Origin: Hemiscyllium ocellatum
Lineage: Eukaryota
Direction of reading: 5' to 3'
Assembly (NCBI RefSeq): GCF_020745735.1
Contig: NC_083412.1
Coordinates: 17,912,235 to 17,976,234, forward strand
Length of the DNA stretch: 64,000 bases
The translations under genes and the position numbers were made by a program. The notes beneath the pieces were generated by a model that made no database searches, was not told where the DNA came from, and saw nothing but the letters and a program-made list of their open reading frames with translations. This document shows, piece after piece, positions 12,303-24,419 of this stretch; positions within the stretch are counted from its first letter, which is position 1, and every line of letters begins with the position of its first letter.

Positions 12303-13361
12303 GTAACCCAAGCTAGCTAGCTATGATCTGTCCAGCACACTGCACATGAAGATGCATTCAAGTGAAAGTAAAGCACTTTGGGTCACCCTGAGGTCTTGAA
12401 ATAAGTATAAATTCTTCATACTTTTTACAAAGCCAGTTCTTTCTGCTTTACTGCAGAAGGCTTTCATGCATTGGCCACTGGGTTTTTAAGCCCCATGTTT
12501 GCTTCTTGAAGGATACCAAGACCCTCGAGAAGGTACACATGATGGATAATAAAACTATGTTTACCTGAAGATTTCATCGTAGTGGGCTGAAAGCATTGAA
12601 GTTACTTGCTGTAAAGAAGTGCAGGTTCCATTGTGATTGGGACTTTTCTTTCAAACAGCGAAGGGATTGGATTTAGCTTTTGAGGATAGGTTGCTTGAGA
12701 ACGATAAGGACATGAGGACTGGGGATTCTGGTGCCCACGCCTTCATAAAGCATCTTTTTTCACTCAGTCTTTAACCTGTGGAAAAACAATTCCTGAACAT
12801 ATGAGTGCTGTAAGATTTCTACAAAGAGAATTTGAAAAGTTCCTGAATGAAGAGGGTGTTTCCATTTTAAAGTTCCAAGCTAGTCTGAGTATGAGAAGGA
12901 ATAAGCAACGGTGATCTCTGATAGCTCCCAAAACATTCCCAAATTAGCTGCCAGATAGTGGATTGCTTGTCTATGCCAGGATGTTGAGGATCAGTGTTAA
13001 TGTTGGATGGGATTCGAACAAAATCCGAATGAGATTGGTTTAATCCCCCTTTCTCACCTTGCCCTTCGCACTGTAGGTTGGTTTGATTCGTCTTTACTGT
13101 TGTGACCCTTAGATGAATGAGCCTGATGGATTGAGCTGCCCTGAGGTGTGACATTAGGAAATTCTCTCCTGCAATGTGCCCGACTGCTGACTCTCTTCAC
13201 TCATAGTCTGTTGCATCTCAATCTGTGCCTTAACCAGGGTGATTATTATCTGATTCTTGGGAGTTCCAACTAACATGTTAAGTTTCTCATCTTTTAGGAA
13301 GCACTAGTTTTTCGATGAGAGACTTCACAAACAATCCAGGTCATGTAATTTCAGTTGCATT

Positions 13362-13500
13362 AACTGTAAACTTTTGCTATAAATTCTGTGTCCTATGATC
13401 TTATACTCCACAACCACCTGATGAAGGTGCAGTGCTCCGAAAGCTAGTGTTTCCAATTAAACCTGTTAGACTATAACCTGGTGTTGTGTGATTTTTAACT
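13362..13500 (+). mobile_element. PLE terminal repeat, family B
   Basis: Contains a hammerhead and the block aaacctgtt(a/g)gactataacctggtgttgtgtgatttttaact, shared with copies at 50155-50278, 59505-59707 and 62545-62665. Confidence 0.7.
13415..13449 (+). ncRNA. Minimal type-I hammerhead ribozyme motif (family B, CUA site)
   Basis: CAC CUGAUGA A GGUGC AGU GCUCC GAA AGCU A GUG. Stem I CAC/GUG, stem II with one U-U mismatch, palindromic AGCU stem III, CUA at 13444-13446. Confidence 0.7.
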
Positions 13501-13620
13501 CTATATAAGTGTAGCTCTAATACACAATGAGATTGGAGCAAATTTGGTCCGTTTCCATTTCCTCATTTTGAGTTGCCCATGATATGACACTTCATTAGGT
13601 AGATAAGACCTAATGGCCTT

Positions 13621-14033
13621 TATGGGCAGCACGGTGGCACAGTATGGGCGGCACGGTGGCACAGTTATGGGCGGCACGGTGGCACAGTTATGGGCGGCAC
13701 GGTGGCACAGTTATGGGCGGCACGGTGGCACAGTGGTTAGCACTGCTACCTCACAGCGCCTGTAGACCCGGGTTCAATTCCCGACTCAGGCGACTGACTG
13801 TGTGGAGTTTGCACGTTCTCCCCGTGTCTGCGTGGGTTTCCTCCGGGTGCTCCGGTTTCCTCCCACAGTCCAAAAATGTGCGGGTCAGGTGAATTGGCCA
13901 AGCTAAATTGCCCGTAGTGTTAGGTAAGGGGTAAATGTAGGGGTATGGGTGGGTTGCGCTTCGGCGGGTCGGTGTGGACTTGTTGGGCCGAAGGGCCTGT
14001 TTCCACACTGTAAGTCTAGTCTAGTCTAGTCTA
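13621..14033 (+). mobile_element. Full-length young HE1-type V-SINE with 5 tandem copies of its 5' junction
   Basis: A box tggcacagtgg, B box ggttcaattccc near 13771, V-domain body, CR1-type tail ending in (tctag)n. Five 22-23 bp units occupy 13621-13734. Confidence 0.9.
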
Positions 14034-15210
14034 ACCACACACAGGTTCAATTCAACTCGCAACAGCAGTCATTTGTGGAGCATCCCAGGACTAGATGGTC
14101 AAGGAAGGTGCATTATCAATGCAATTACTCAAGCTGAGTATCAACCTGCACTATCTTCCAATGCGCTCCAATGGCAGACAGGCCTGGCTGATGAGAAATT
14201 GCAGTCTCTGCCATAACTCCAGTCTACAAGATGGGTGAAAAATATCACAGCAACCCTGAGTGAACTGAATCACACACCACAGCTCATAGTGCTAAGAATC
14301 ATCTGATTCCCATCCCTTTCTCAATGCTAACGCATGTTTGGAAGAAAATGAATCAAGCCACTTAAAAGTAAATGGTGCCTGTGATAATGCTGTATAGCCT
14401 AGGGTAGTTCTGCTGCTTCCCTGGAAACATTACTGTGCTATCTTCAAGGAATGTAAATTGCTTTAATTCACTGGAATTCAGTTTTAAGACCCTGACATGC
14501 TCCGATATTGTTGCTCTTGCTTACTGATCGACAGATTGCCTCAGTTCGTGCCCACATTAGACTTGAAAACAAGGTCATTCCCAGATGAATAGAAAATCGC
14601 AGACTTCCAGCTGCTAGAGTTAATGCTGGCAAATTGTCCTTCACTTGGTCTCGCTGATCCATTGTGGGACTCAACTCCAATTAGATGAACAAATCTGGAA
14701 ACGTTAAAGGGAAGGTTTCACAATTAAAGCAAATTCGTAAGATCAGCTGCTGGGTGGGGTGTGTAGCTCTCTTATCAAGTTTTATTCGTCTTCCAACTAG
14801 AAGAAGAAGTTTTCAAAGTGGTTTGAAACATGATTGAGTAAGTGATTGGAGTGTGGTGTTAATTGAACTGTGCGGCACAAGAAATTAGGATAGTGTTCAG
14901 ATTTCAGAAGCCTGCCTTCTGCAATGTGTTTTGATCCTTGAGCAGTGTAATATTATACTTGTAATATTATTTAATCACGCAGGTCTTTGTTTTTACACTA
15001 TTTCATGCAGTTGAGCAGAACCCCATCAGGGAATTTCCATTTCCAACTCGAATTCTGCAGCGACATATCTCTCTGCAAGACCCCCTTGACATTGTGGGCA
15101 GGCCTGGAATGCTGCAGGTAGATTGAAAATAGTTATCCTCAACCCCACACCATTCTTCAAAGACAAACAAGTATGTTGTGGTTCTGTTCGCCGAGCTGGA
15201 AGTTTTTGCT

Positions 15211-15250
15211 GCAAACGTTTCGTTCCCTGGCTAGGGAACATCATCAGTGC
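15211..15250 (-). ncRNA. Identical hammerhead motif on the opposite arm of the palindrome
   Basis: Exact reverse complement of 15348-15387. Confidence 0.8.
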
Positions 15251-15347
15251 TATTGGAGCCTCCTGTGAAGCGCTGCTTTGATGTTTCTTCCGGTATTCCG
15301 AATACCGGAAGAAACATCAAAGCAGCGTTTCACAGGAGGCTCCAATA

Positions 15348-15387
15348 GCACTGATGATGTTCCCTAGCCAGGGAACGAAACGTTTGC
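15348..15387 (+). ncRNA. Minimal type-I hammerhead ribozyme motif (family D, GUU site)
   Basis: GCA CUGAUGA U GUUCCCU AGCC AGGGAAC GAA ACGU U UGC. 7-bp stem II and stem I GCA/UGC. Confidence 0.8.
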
Positions 15388-15799
15388 AGCAAAAACTTCC
15401 AGCTCGGCGAACAGAACCACAACAACGGACACCCGAGCTACAAATCTTCAACCAGACTTTAAACAAACAAGTATGTTAAATCTCTCAAAATGGAAGTTAC
15501 TCTGGCCCAGAGGAGCACTGTAAAAGGACATTTCTCTTTCCCATGGCGTGCTGTAGCTGCCTGGTTAGCTGAGGGTGGGGAGATCCAGATGTACGGGGCT
15601 GAAGCTATACCTTCAAGCTTCTCAATGAGTTGCTTAATACACCAACCGTCCTCTGGAATAGGGGATGGGGCACGAGGTAGATTCCTGACCCAGTAAAATG
15701 TAGAAGTTGAGCAAACTGGAGCTGGTTGGGAATTTTCCCAATTAAAGCAACACTCGCAATCAAAACACATTAAGACTCCCCAAAGCATCTGATCCTCTG

Positions 15800-16005
15800 C
15801 GATATACCTGAAGAGATTCCTCCAAGAGATATCTTATTCACATCTCTATGGTAAAGCATACTCATTTCTCTATGATTACCTGACTCATATCTTTAATATA
15901 CACTTTGCTCATATCTCTAAAAAATACCCGACCCATTTCTCTATGATATACCTTACTCATATCTCTAAGAGATACCTTACTCTTACCTTTACAATATATC
16001 TCATC
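15800..16005. repeat. Degenerate ~24-bp tandem repeat
   Basis: About 8 diverged units resembling atgatataccttactcatatctct. Confidence 0.6.
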
Positions 16006-16457
16006 CTGAGCTGGTCCTCCAGCAGTCTGGATACACCTTTGTTCCACTTGGCTGAATTTCTCTCACAGATTCGCGTTACAACAAGACCTTGTTTGAAAAT
16101 AAGAATAAGATGTTTCACTCAGCAAGAATTGGCTCATATAGCTCCCAATTTTCATTCGTTCTTGTTGCAGTAGCTATTGCTTTGCGTGTTATAGGCCCAT
16201 TAATAAAAGAATGTTAAACCACAGGAGGTTTAACCCACCGTACCTGCAGCAACTCATGGGGAGAGATGAAAATTCAGTCCCAGCTGGAACTTTTACCTCA
16301 TAAATCGAGGTAACCACAATGGTGGCAGAGTAGACCACCAGACCTGGAGGCCCTCAACTACAACTGATAATATTTTCCCTGGCTTTTTTTCTATCTTACA
16401 TTCCTCTTCAGTTTGAATGACTTTGCAAGGGATCTTGAGTGAGCCCGGTGCAGATAA

Positions 16458-17150
16458 AAGTAGGGGGAGGCGACAGGGACAGTAGAGTCTGGTAGAGGTG
16501 AGTAAGGGACGGCGACAGTGATGGTAGAGTCTGGCAGAGGTGAGTAGGGGGAGGCGACAGTGACGGTAGAGCCTGGTAAAGGTGAGTAGGGGGAGGAAGC
16601 AGCGATGGTAGACCCTGGTAGAGGTGAGTAGGGCAAAGGCAGCAATGATAGTAGAGTCTGGTAGAAGTGAATAGGTGGAGGCGACAGTGACGGTAGAGTC
16701 TGGTAGAGGTGAGTAAAGGGAGGAATCAGTGACAGTAGAGTCTGAGAGAAATGAGCAGGGGGAGGAAGCAGTGACGGTAGAGCCTGGTAGAGGTGAGTAG
16801 GGGGCGGTGACAGTGACAGTAGGGCCTGGTAAAGGTGAGTAGGGGGGAGGCGACAGTGATGGTAGAGCCTGGTAGAGGTGAGTAGGGGGAGGAAGCAGTG
16901 ACGGCAGAGTCTGGCAGAGGTGAGTAGAGTGAAGGCGACAGTGACGGTAGAGCCTGGTAGAGGTGAGTAGGGGGAGCGACAGTGATGGTAGAGTCTGGTA
17001 GAGGTGAGTAGGGAGAGGCGACAGTGATGGTAGAGTCTGGTAGAGGTGAGTAAGGGACGGCGACAGTGATGGTAGAGTCTGGTAGAGGTGAGTAGTGGGA
17101 GGCGTCCGTGATGGCAGATTCTGGTAGAGGTGAGTAGTGGGAGGCAGTAG
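16458..17150. repeat. G-rich ~42-bp minisatellite (about 16 units)
   Basis: Unit ggcgacagtga(c/t)ggtagag(t/c)ctggtagaggtgagtagggggga, for example starting at 16511 and 16553. Confidence 0.9.
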
Positions 17151-17699
17151 AGCCTGGTTGTGGTTGGTGTACCGCCTGAGCCTGGATGGTGACAACGATG
17201 GGATGGTGATGACGAAGGGTGATGACCGCACCTTTAGTCAGGGGTGGTCAGGCCCAGAGCCTTGTCAGTGGTGGTGAAGGCTAGCGTGCCGTGACAGGTC
17301 TTAGCCCAGTGCGGGGGGAAATATCCCCAGTGTGTGGGAGAGCGAGCTCTTTTGGGGAAGTCCCACTTGCAGCATCTGCTGGCCCATGGCTCAAGAACAG
17401 AGTGTACTGTTTGACATTTTAACGTTTTCTTTGTTTTTCCACTTTTACACTAAGAAGATTGTAATGCTGAACCTTTTAACTTATATCTTTGTTTCTTTAT
17501 TTCTGTAGCTAAGATTTGTACCTCGTTACTTTGACCCTAAGTTGGTGCTGTGTGTGGTGACATTGTACATTTCTCAGTGTACTCTGTACCCCGTACTTGA
17601 ATACATGGTAATAAACCCTATATCTACAGCTAACAATCTAAATCTGATACCGCATATTAATCCATCTTCCATTTTGTGTCCAATTGCTTAAAGGAGTCA

Positions 17700-18390
17700 A
17701 TATTTTTAGGATCTGAGCACCTTCTTCCATGTCCTTCACCCAGCCCAGACCTCAGGCCCTGTCATCACATGGGCTGCTTTTTAGACTCGATTCCCTACAG
17801 TGTAGAAACTGGCCCTTCAGACCAACAAGCCCACACAGACCCTCCGAAGAAGTAACCCACCCAGACCCATTTCCCTCTGACGAATGTTCCTAGCACTGTG
17901 GGCCATTTAGCATGGCCAATTCACCTGACCTGCACATCATTGGACTGTGAGAGGAAACTCGAGCACCTGGCAGAAACCCACACAGACACAGGGAGAATGC
18001 CTGAACTCCACACAGTCAGTCTGGAATCGAACCTGGGACGCTGGTGCTGTGAGGCAACAGTGCTAACCACTGAGCCACCATACCGCCCCATCTTCACCCA
18101 CATATAGTTCCCATTAACAGATGTACTTTCTCCCTGATTCACCATTATCCATCCATTTGTTCTCTCCCTCTGGGGTCCACCTGCACCTACTGTTTACTCC
18201 TTTACCTTTCCAACCCACCTTCCATCTACAGCATATATCACCTTTTCCCAGCTACAATCAGCTCTGAAGAAGGGTCATTGGATCTGAACGGTAACTCTGC
18301 TTTCTCTCCAGAGATGCTGCCAGACCTGCTGAGTTTCTCCAGCAATTTCTGTTTGTCTTTCCAGCAACGGAAGTTCTTTGTTTTTTTCAT
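17700..18390 (+). mobile_element. PLE family C 3' region interrupted by an HE1 SINE (about 17783-18087, minus strand)
   Basis: C/T-rich PLE-like tail ending in ctgaagaagggtca...gatgctgccagacctgctgagtttctccagc. The hammerhead is degenerate. Confidence 0.6.
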
Positions 18391-18480
18391 GTCTTGCCTT
18401 TTGAAGCTAACTTTGGCATTAAGACAAAGATGGGTAGAAAGGAAGTCATTGAGAAGAGGTAGAGAGTTTGCAGAGGGATA

Positions 18481-19098
18481 TGTTGTGATGATGTTGCTCC
18501 GTTAACAAGGTTAGGTTTTCCTTGGTTTTATTTTCAGGAGAACCGTAAAGACATAGACTCTGGAATGTCTAAGGTTGATCTACTTGAGAATGTTTTCAAG
18601 TTTAAAAGAAAGCACTTTTACAGTGAAAGGGGAGAGGCCAGTTCTCCCAGCTCAGCTGCTCTCTGGTTTGGTTTGGTTTTAGTAGTCTGGCTGTTCACAG
18701 GAAACAAACAGTCAGCTAGAGGTTGCGATCCAAGACACAGCTACATGGAAGAAGGTGTTCCATTTTGCCATCTCTCTCTCTCTCCTGTAAGACCTTATGT
18801 TTGATAACATCTTTTTTTGTGCCAAGGTGTGTTTACGGGGATTGTTGCAAGTATTTGGAACAGCATCATTATATCGGGATAATCTGTTGGGTTTTTGGAT
18901 AGGTTAAGTTATGCGAAATTCTGTTCTCTTTTGTTTGTGCTTCATTCGGTAATCTTGTAAATAAATTTTGTTTTGTGGGTTGACCAGCTGTATCCCTCCT
19001 GGAATATCCACATTACACCTGCTTTAAACAACTGGCAAAGTTAGGGTCTGGGCTACTTTCTTGAAATGTTTCGAGGGGGTCTGGCCTGGTCCAGAACA
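18481..19098 (+). mobile_element. Solo LTR
   Basis: TGTT...AACA termini, internal aataaa near 18960, cleanly interrupts CR1 sequence, ends homologous to 19813-20410. Confidence 0.7.
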
Positions 19099-19492
19099 AT
19101 ATGCAGGTTAGATGAGTGGGCAGAAATTTAGAAAAAGGAGTGTAAAGTGGAAGAATATGAAGTTGACACTGATAGAAAGAATAGAAAAGCTGTATATGAT
19201 TTAGATGGAGACAGATCACAGAATGGACTAGAGGTACAGCAGGATCTAGATGCATTGATACATGAGTCTTAATGCTCTACATGACCTTCGTTTGCAAGTA
19301 CTGCAAGTGGTAAGGAAGGCAAAGAGAATGTTGGTGTTTACTGCAAAGAGAATGGAATATAAGAGTAAAGAACTTTGACTGCACCTGTACAGGGCATCAG
19401 TGACACCACGGCTGGAATACCATGGAGAGTTTTGGTCACTTTATCCAGTAAAAATCCAACTTTGTTAGGAGCAGTGCAAGGAAGGTTCATTA

Positions 19493-19716
19493 AATAGAAA
19501 GCGAAGAACTACAGGCGTTGGAAATGTAAAATGAAAATAGAAATCGCTGGAGAAACTCAGCACATCTGTCAGCACCCGTGGAGAGAAACAGAGCCAATGT
19601 TTCTTCAGAGCTGGAGAAATTCTGACGAGGAGTCACTGGACACAAAACATTGACTTTGTTTTCTCTCTACAGATGCTGCCAGATCTGCTGAATTTCTCTA
19701 GCAATTTCTTTTGCTA
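19493..19716. mobile_element. PLE family C inverted pair
   Basis: gctggagaaactcagcacatctgtcagca / tgctgccagatctgctgaatttctctagc inverted arms. Degenerate ctgacga..gtcactggac..aaaacatt hammerhead. Confidence 0.65.
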
Positions 19717-19812
19717 TTTCACTCGCTTCATGCCTAGTTTAAAAGCCTCATCTTATAAGGAAAGGTTGAACAGGTTGAGGCAATAGTTGGTGGAGTTTAG
19801 ATGAATGAGAGG

Positions 19813-20410
19813 AGTTAAAGACCAGGCAAGACCCCCTCAAGATATTTTAAGAAAGTAGCCTAGACACTAACACTTCTTATTTTAAAGGTAGATGTGAAGT
19901 GGGTGTTCCAGGTGTGATACAGCTGGTCAAACCACTCGGCTTTAAGCAAAACAGAACTTATTTAAATATTACAATTGAAATGCGAACAAAGGAAAATTGA
20001 ATTTAGAGTAATTTAACTATTGGAAAACTTAACTGACCCGATACAGTAACTGTTACTAATTAACTGTTCCAAAACAGTAACATCCCATAAACACATCCCC
20101 TGGCAAAAAGGAAAGCTCAAACACAGATGCTTGCAGGTAGGAGAGGACAGCAGCGAGAAAGAGAGAGATCTCAGAAGAAGATCAGAGGAATTCTTTTCTG
20201 AAGCTTGCAACTCCCTTGGACTCTCACACCTTGTGGTTGCTACAGTTGAAATCCAACCAAAAAAAAAAGCCTGAACGGGGAGATTTGGCCACTCCCCTTC
20301 CATTGTTAAATTAGACATTTCTAGATTCTTCTGCACCTCTGCCTTTATGACCTCGCTTTGTAAATACCAAGGGCCAAATAACCTTTTTAAAATGACAGCA
20401 TCTTCACAAA
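19813..20410 (-). mobile_element. Solo LTR related to 18481-19098, opposite orientation
   Basis: gaccaggcaagaccccctcaagatattttaagaaagtagcctagacactaac is a near reverse complement of 19040-19092. The other end, cagcatcttcacaa, matches the 18481 end. Confidence 0.7.
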
Positions 20411-20877
20411 GATGATCTTATTGAAACATATCGCTGACCATGAGGAGACTTCATTTGGGTGGGTAGCAAAAGAATGTTTCCTCTTGTGATGGAGATGAAG
20501 ACTGGAGGAACACAGTTCCAGAGTGCATGTTCTGCCCTTGAAGACGGAGGTGAGAGGAAGTTATGTTTTCACAGAGGATTAATAATACATGGAATTCTCT
20601 CCTCTGGAAGTGATGGCTATTCATTGACTTTATTCAAGACTGACTCAGTTAATTTTGTGAATGGACAAGGAGCTCGAAGGATATTGGCAGCAGATAGGAA
20701 AATGGAGTTGAAAGAGCAAACCAAATCAGCCATGTTCTTTTTGAATGGTAGCCCAGGTCTGAAGAGCTGAATGGCCTACTATTTTCTGTTTTCACATGTT
20801 CCCTGTTGTTTTCAAAGCTTTCTGAATGCAGCCCTCTGCTCTTTCCCCTTCCTTACCATTGTACTAGTTAAATTATA

Positions 20878-21010
20878 CTGTGGGAGGAAACCCACACAGA
20901 CACAGGGAGAATGTGCAACCACCACACAGGCAGTCATTCAAGGCTGGAATTAAACCCAGGACCCTGGCGCAGTGAGGCTGCTGTGCTAACCACAGGGCCA
21001 CCATGCTGCC
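20878..21010 (-). mobile_element. HE1-type SINE 5' part
   Basis: tRNA head and a partial V-domain in reverse. Confidence 0.7.
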
Positions 21011-21689
21011 AAGCAGGCAAGGCTTGCATATACTCTAATATGAAGAATCCACATAAGGTTAATACATTAAATGTGGTTGAACAGACCACCACATTAGCTG
21101 GCAGGCAAAACAAAGATAGATCCCAAGAATTTCTCAGCAACCCACCCAGATATCAACAATGACAGTCATAAGCCTCTTATAAAACATTATCTTCCTCTAG
21201 AGGTGTTCAGCTTTAGCGGTGTCAGTGAGTTTCCACTGAGCAGCAGCCATATGTATCATTTACATAATACAGTGCAGACATTCATCAAAGCTTTTTAGAC
21301 TGTGCCTTCCAAACTTAAAATCACCACCATCCTGAAGGACAAGGGCAGCAGATACATGGGAACACCATTGTCTGCAAGTTCCCTTCCAAGTCACTCACCT
21401 TACTATCTTGGAACAATGTCACCAGTCCTTCAGGGTTTCTGGGTCAATGTAATAATGCCCACTTGGAGAATGGGTACGACTGGCCAAATGGTCTCCATCT
21501 GTGTCCTAACACTTCTGTGATTCTGTGAAGGACCTTGGGATAATGCGACATACTAAAGGCACATGCTGTAGGTTATTTGTGTTTTATCCTGTTTCAGTTT
21601 ACATGCCCATCCTTTTTTTTTCTGCTGTAGTTTGCACAAACCTTTTTCTGGTTTGTCTTAATCTTTGCTAAATTCAGAGCTGGAACATC

Positions 21690-22024
21690 CTATAGAATCA
21701 TTGCAATTTATGCTGCGATCTGAGGCCATTTGCCTGTCGTGTCTCTATGGGCTCTTAAAAAAAAGCAGTTGTGCACATCTCTCCATCTCAGTTCCTGTCT
21801 GTTACTGGATATGTTTGTAATCCTGAGGTAGTTGTACCACTCCCTTTGGAAATTAATTGTGGAATCACCTTCTCCACTTCATCCGCGCGTTCCCAATCCA
21901 AACAGCACTGAGTAAATCTACATTCTCCTCACTCTTAATATTTTGATATTAAATCCACGACCTCTAGTTATTGATCCACTCACCAGAGGGAATCGATTTT
22001 GCTCTCTCTGCATCCATTCTGAAA

Positions 22025-22055
<31 letters not shown>

Positions 22056-22300
22056 CACCTTATCTTGAAGAGCTGTGATTAGGTCACATCTCAATCTTTT
22101 CTGTTCCAGGGAGAGCAATCCTAATTTTTCCAGTCACTCACATTAGTCCCACATCCCTGGTAAGCCTCATTCGCAGTAGCTAAGGAATTTTCCATTATAG
22201 CCCAGTTGAGGTCTAACCAGCGGATTATAAAGCCCTGGCTTGATCTCTGCACTATTACAGTCCATGGCTCTATTTATAAAGCCCAGTAACCTATGTGCTG
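21690..22300 (-). mobile_element. Old CR1 3' fragment containing (AG)13 at 22025-22050
   Basis: Peptide LSLEQKRLRCDLI...FPLVSGSITRG. Confidence 0.65.
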
Positions 22301-23349
22301 GCAGCACTCCCTGCATGTGTAGTTTTTTTTCCAGAATGTACAATGTGTTTCAGAGATCCCACATGGCACAGGGAACGCACAATTGGAACCCAGCTGTCCT
22401 AGTTGACAGGGATTCTGATTCGAGTCCATCCCTTACCTCCCTGAAGAACTGAAATGCTTCTGTCAAAGTGATATCAAACGAGAGCATTACTGCTGACCGG
22501 GAGCCAGGGCTATCATATCAGGGTCATACCAGAAATGTGTGGCTGCCCATCTCCGAGCAACAACAGGGTGGGTACAGGGGGAATGTTTGATGAATAGCTT
22601 GACTCGAGGCTGTCACTATAAGATTGTCACCAGAAAAGGAATTCTTCTGAAGACTGGTGGGTGTGTGGAACCCATGACAGTAGTGAAAGCGGGCAATATA
22701 AATGCGTTGAAAAGCAAGCTGGAGAGTGCTCGCAGGAGAAGGGAATAGGAGGCAGGTTTAGATGATGAATGATGGAAGAGGCTCAAAGGAAGCATAAATT
22801 AGTTGGGCTGAATATCCTGCTGCTGTGCTGGGAATCCTGCCTAATTCTCAGTAGTGTTGACTCACAGAAACAGGCATCTTCCTCAGGTTCCAGAAACCTG
22901 CATATCTACCCGTCAGGGACAGGCAGACCACACCCTCAAGGCCCTGCGATGCTCCCCATGTTTCCTCCATCACTCCCGCTCAGTATTTGACTTCACCGAG
23001 GCCTCGCTTCCAGTTTAAGACGTGGAAAGTCCAAAGACCAGTTCCTGGCCCTCTGGGTGCTGTTTGCCCTCTCAAGTGCCATTGTCTGTTTAGCCCACAA
23101 ACCAGCAAGCCTCCTCAAAGTGGCAGAGGTGCACCCCCATCACTCACCTGAGTGACCAGGGAAGTTTCCATTCCGTGAGGCGCCCACACTGGGAAAAGTG
23201 AAATCCATTGTTATCAGCATGTGTTATGACATTGAGCCATGCGTTAGCCTACCTTGTGTGCATATTCCTTCCAAGTATGAAAGAGTCAACACCCAGCAAG
23301 GAGACTTTCCAGCAGTATTGTCAGGGGATCTACACTGATGTCTGGAAGA

Positions 23350-23563
23350 AAGCAAATTACTGCGGATGTTGGAATCTGAAACCAAAAGAGAAAATGCTGG
23401 AAAATCTCAGCAGATCTGGCAGCATCTGTAAGGAGAGAAAAGAGCTGACGTTTTGGGTCTAACTGACCCTTTAGACTCAAGTCAGTTAGATACGAAACAT
23501 CAGCTCTTTTCTCTGCTTACAGATGCTGCCAGACCTGCTGAGATTTTCCAGCATTTTCTCTTT
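23350..23563. mobile_element. PLE family C inverted pair
   Basis: Arms aaaagagaaaatgctggaaaatctcagcag.. / ..ctgctgagattttccagcattttctctttt. TSD-like tga(t/a)gtctgg(a/t)aga at 23336-23349 and 23564-23577. Confidence 0.75.
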
Positions 23564-23719
23564 TGAAGTCTGGTAGAGTTTGACTTCACATCTACAGACA
23601 CTCCAGGATAAACAGAACCTTCCTGTAACCATTACTAGCTTTGGGGCCCACACACTCTTTCACATCCGAATTCTCACTGTTCTTTCCATGCACCAGAATA
23701 TGTTGAGCACTTGCAACTT

Positions 23720-23930
23720 AAGGAGACAGTGAGGTCAGAATCGAGAGTGTGGTGCTGGAAAAGGACAGCAGGTCAGGCAGCATCCGAAGAGCAGGAAAAT
23801 CAATGTTTTGGGCCTGAGCTTTTCTGATGAAGGGCTCCTGCCCGAAACGTCGATTTCCCTGCTCCTCAGCTGCTGCCTGACCTGCTGTGCTTTTCCAGCA
23901 CCACTCCAATCCTGACTTCTGCAACACTGA
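23720..23930. mobile_element. PLE family A inverted pair with an intact hammerhead core at 23824-23851 (+)
   Basis: CUGAUGA A GGGC UCCU GCCC GAAAC GUC. Confidence 0.75.
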
Positions 23931-24419
23931 GGTTTATTTGGAAATAGCTGCATTAAGCCTGGACAAATAATAGCTACAACTTGCAGTTCTATGGTGCCTT
24001 TGACTCAGTACAACACCCCAAGGCATCTCACAAATTGAACGGACAAATTTAACACCGAATTATGTAAGGCATATCGGTGGGTAAGCAACAGAAGGGTCAC
24101 TGGGCCTGCAATGTTAACACTGCTTTCTCTCCACAGATGCTGCCAGACCTGCTGAGCTTTTCCAATAACTTCTGTTTTTGTTTGAGATGAGCAACAGAAG
24201 CTGTGAGTTGTTATATAAGCCAGTTAGGAGCTGGCAATGTTAGCTGGCATCGTGATATAGATTCTGCCCAGAAGGCACTAACCAGAGTTGGTACAGATGC
24301 GTAGCTGGTACCATCTTGTCGTAATGTCGTGGAAGATCTACAGCTGGAACTATACACCTGTTCAAGATCCCGTGAATCTATTGGGAAGAAAGACACACCA
24401 ACACCAATGTCTCTGACCA

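Larger units (their letters stand above)
15174..15462. mobile_element. PLE family D palindromic insertion
   Basis: 125-bp arms (15174-15298 / 15300-15424) with one mismatch and a 1-nt centre. Perfect 15-bp direct repeat acaaacaagtatgtt at 15163-15177 and 15463-15477. Confidence 0.85.
18420..20800 (+). mobile_element. Old CR1 ORF2 3' fragment with three nested insertions
   Basis: CR1 motif remnants (LQRD..RL.EW, LYRASVTPRLEY, RMRGDLIET) resume across inserts at 18481-19098, 19493-19716 and 19813-20410. Confidence 0.7.

Noticed and set aside
13621-13734. Short direct repeats (also 8328-8640, 16458-17150, 55091-55238) as CRISPR arrays
   Set aside because: Head-to-tail tandem units without unique spacers, no cas genes, vertebrate context.
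13715-13790. tRNA gene
   Set aside because: The A/B boxes continue into a SINE body and LINE-type tail, so this is a SINE head and not a tRNA.
16293-17231. Longest ORF (312 aa, Pro/Thr/Leu-rich repeats)
   Set aside because: Read-through of the ~42-bp minisatellite. The frame drifts between repeat registers and there is no canonical ATG or gene context.
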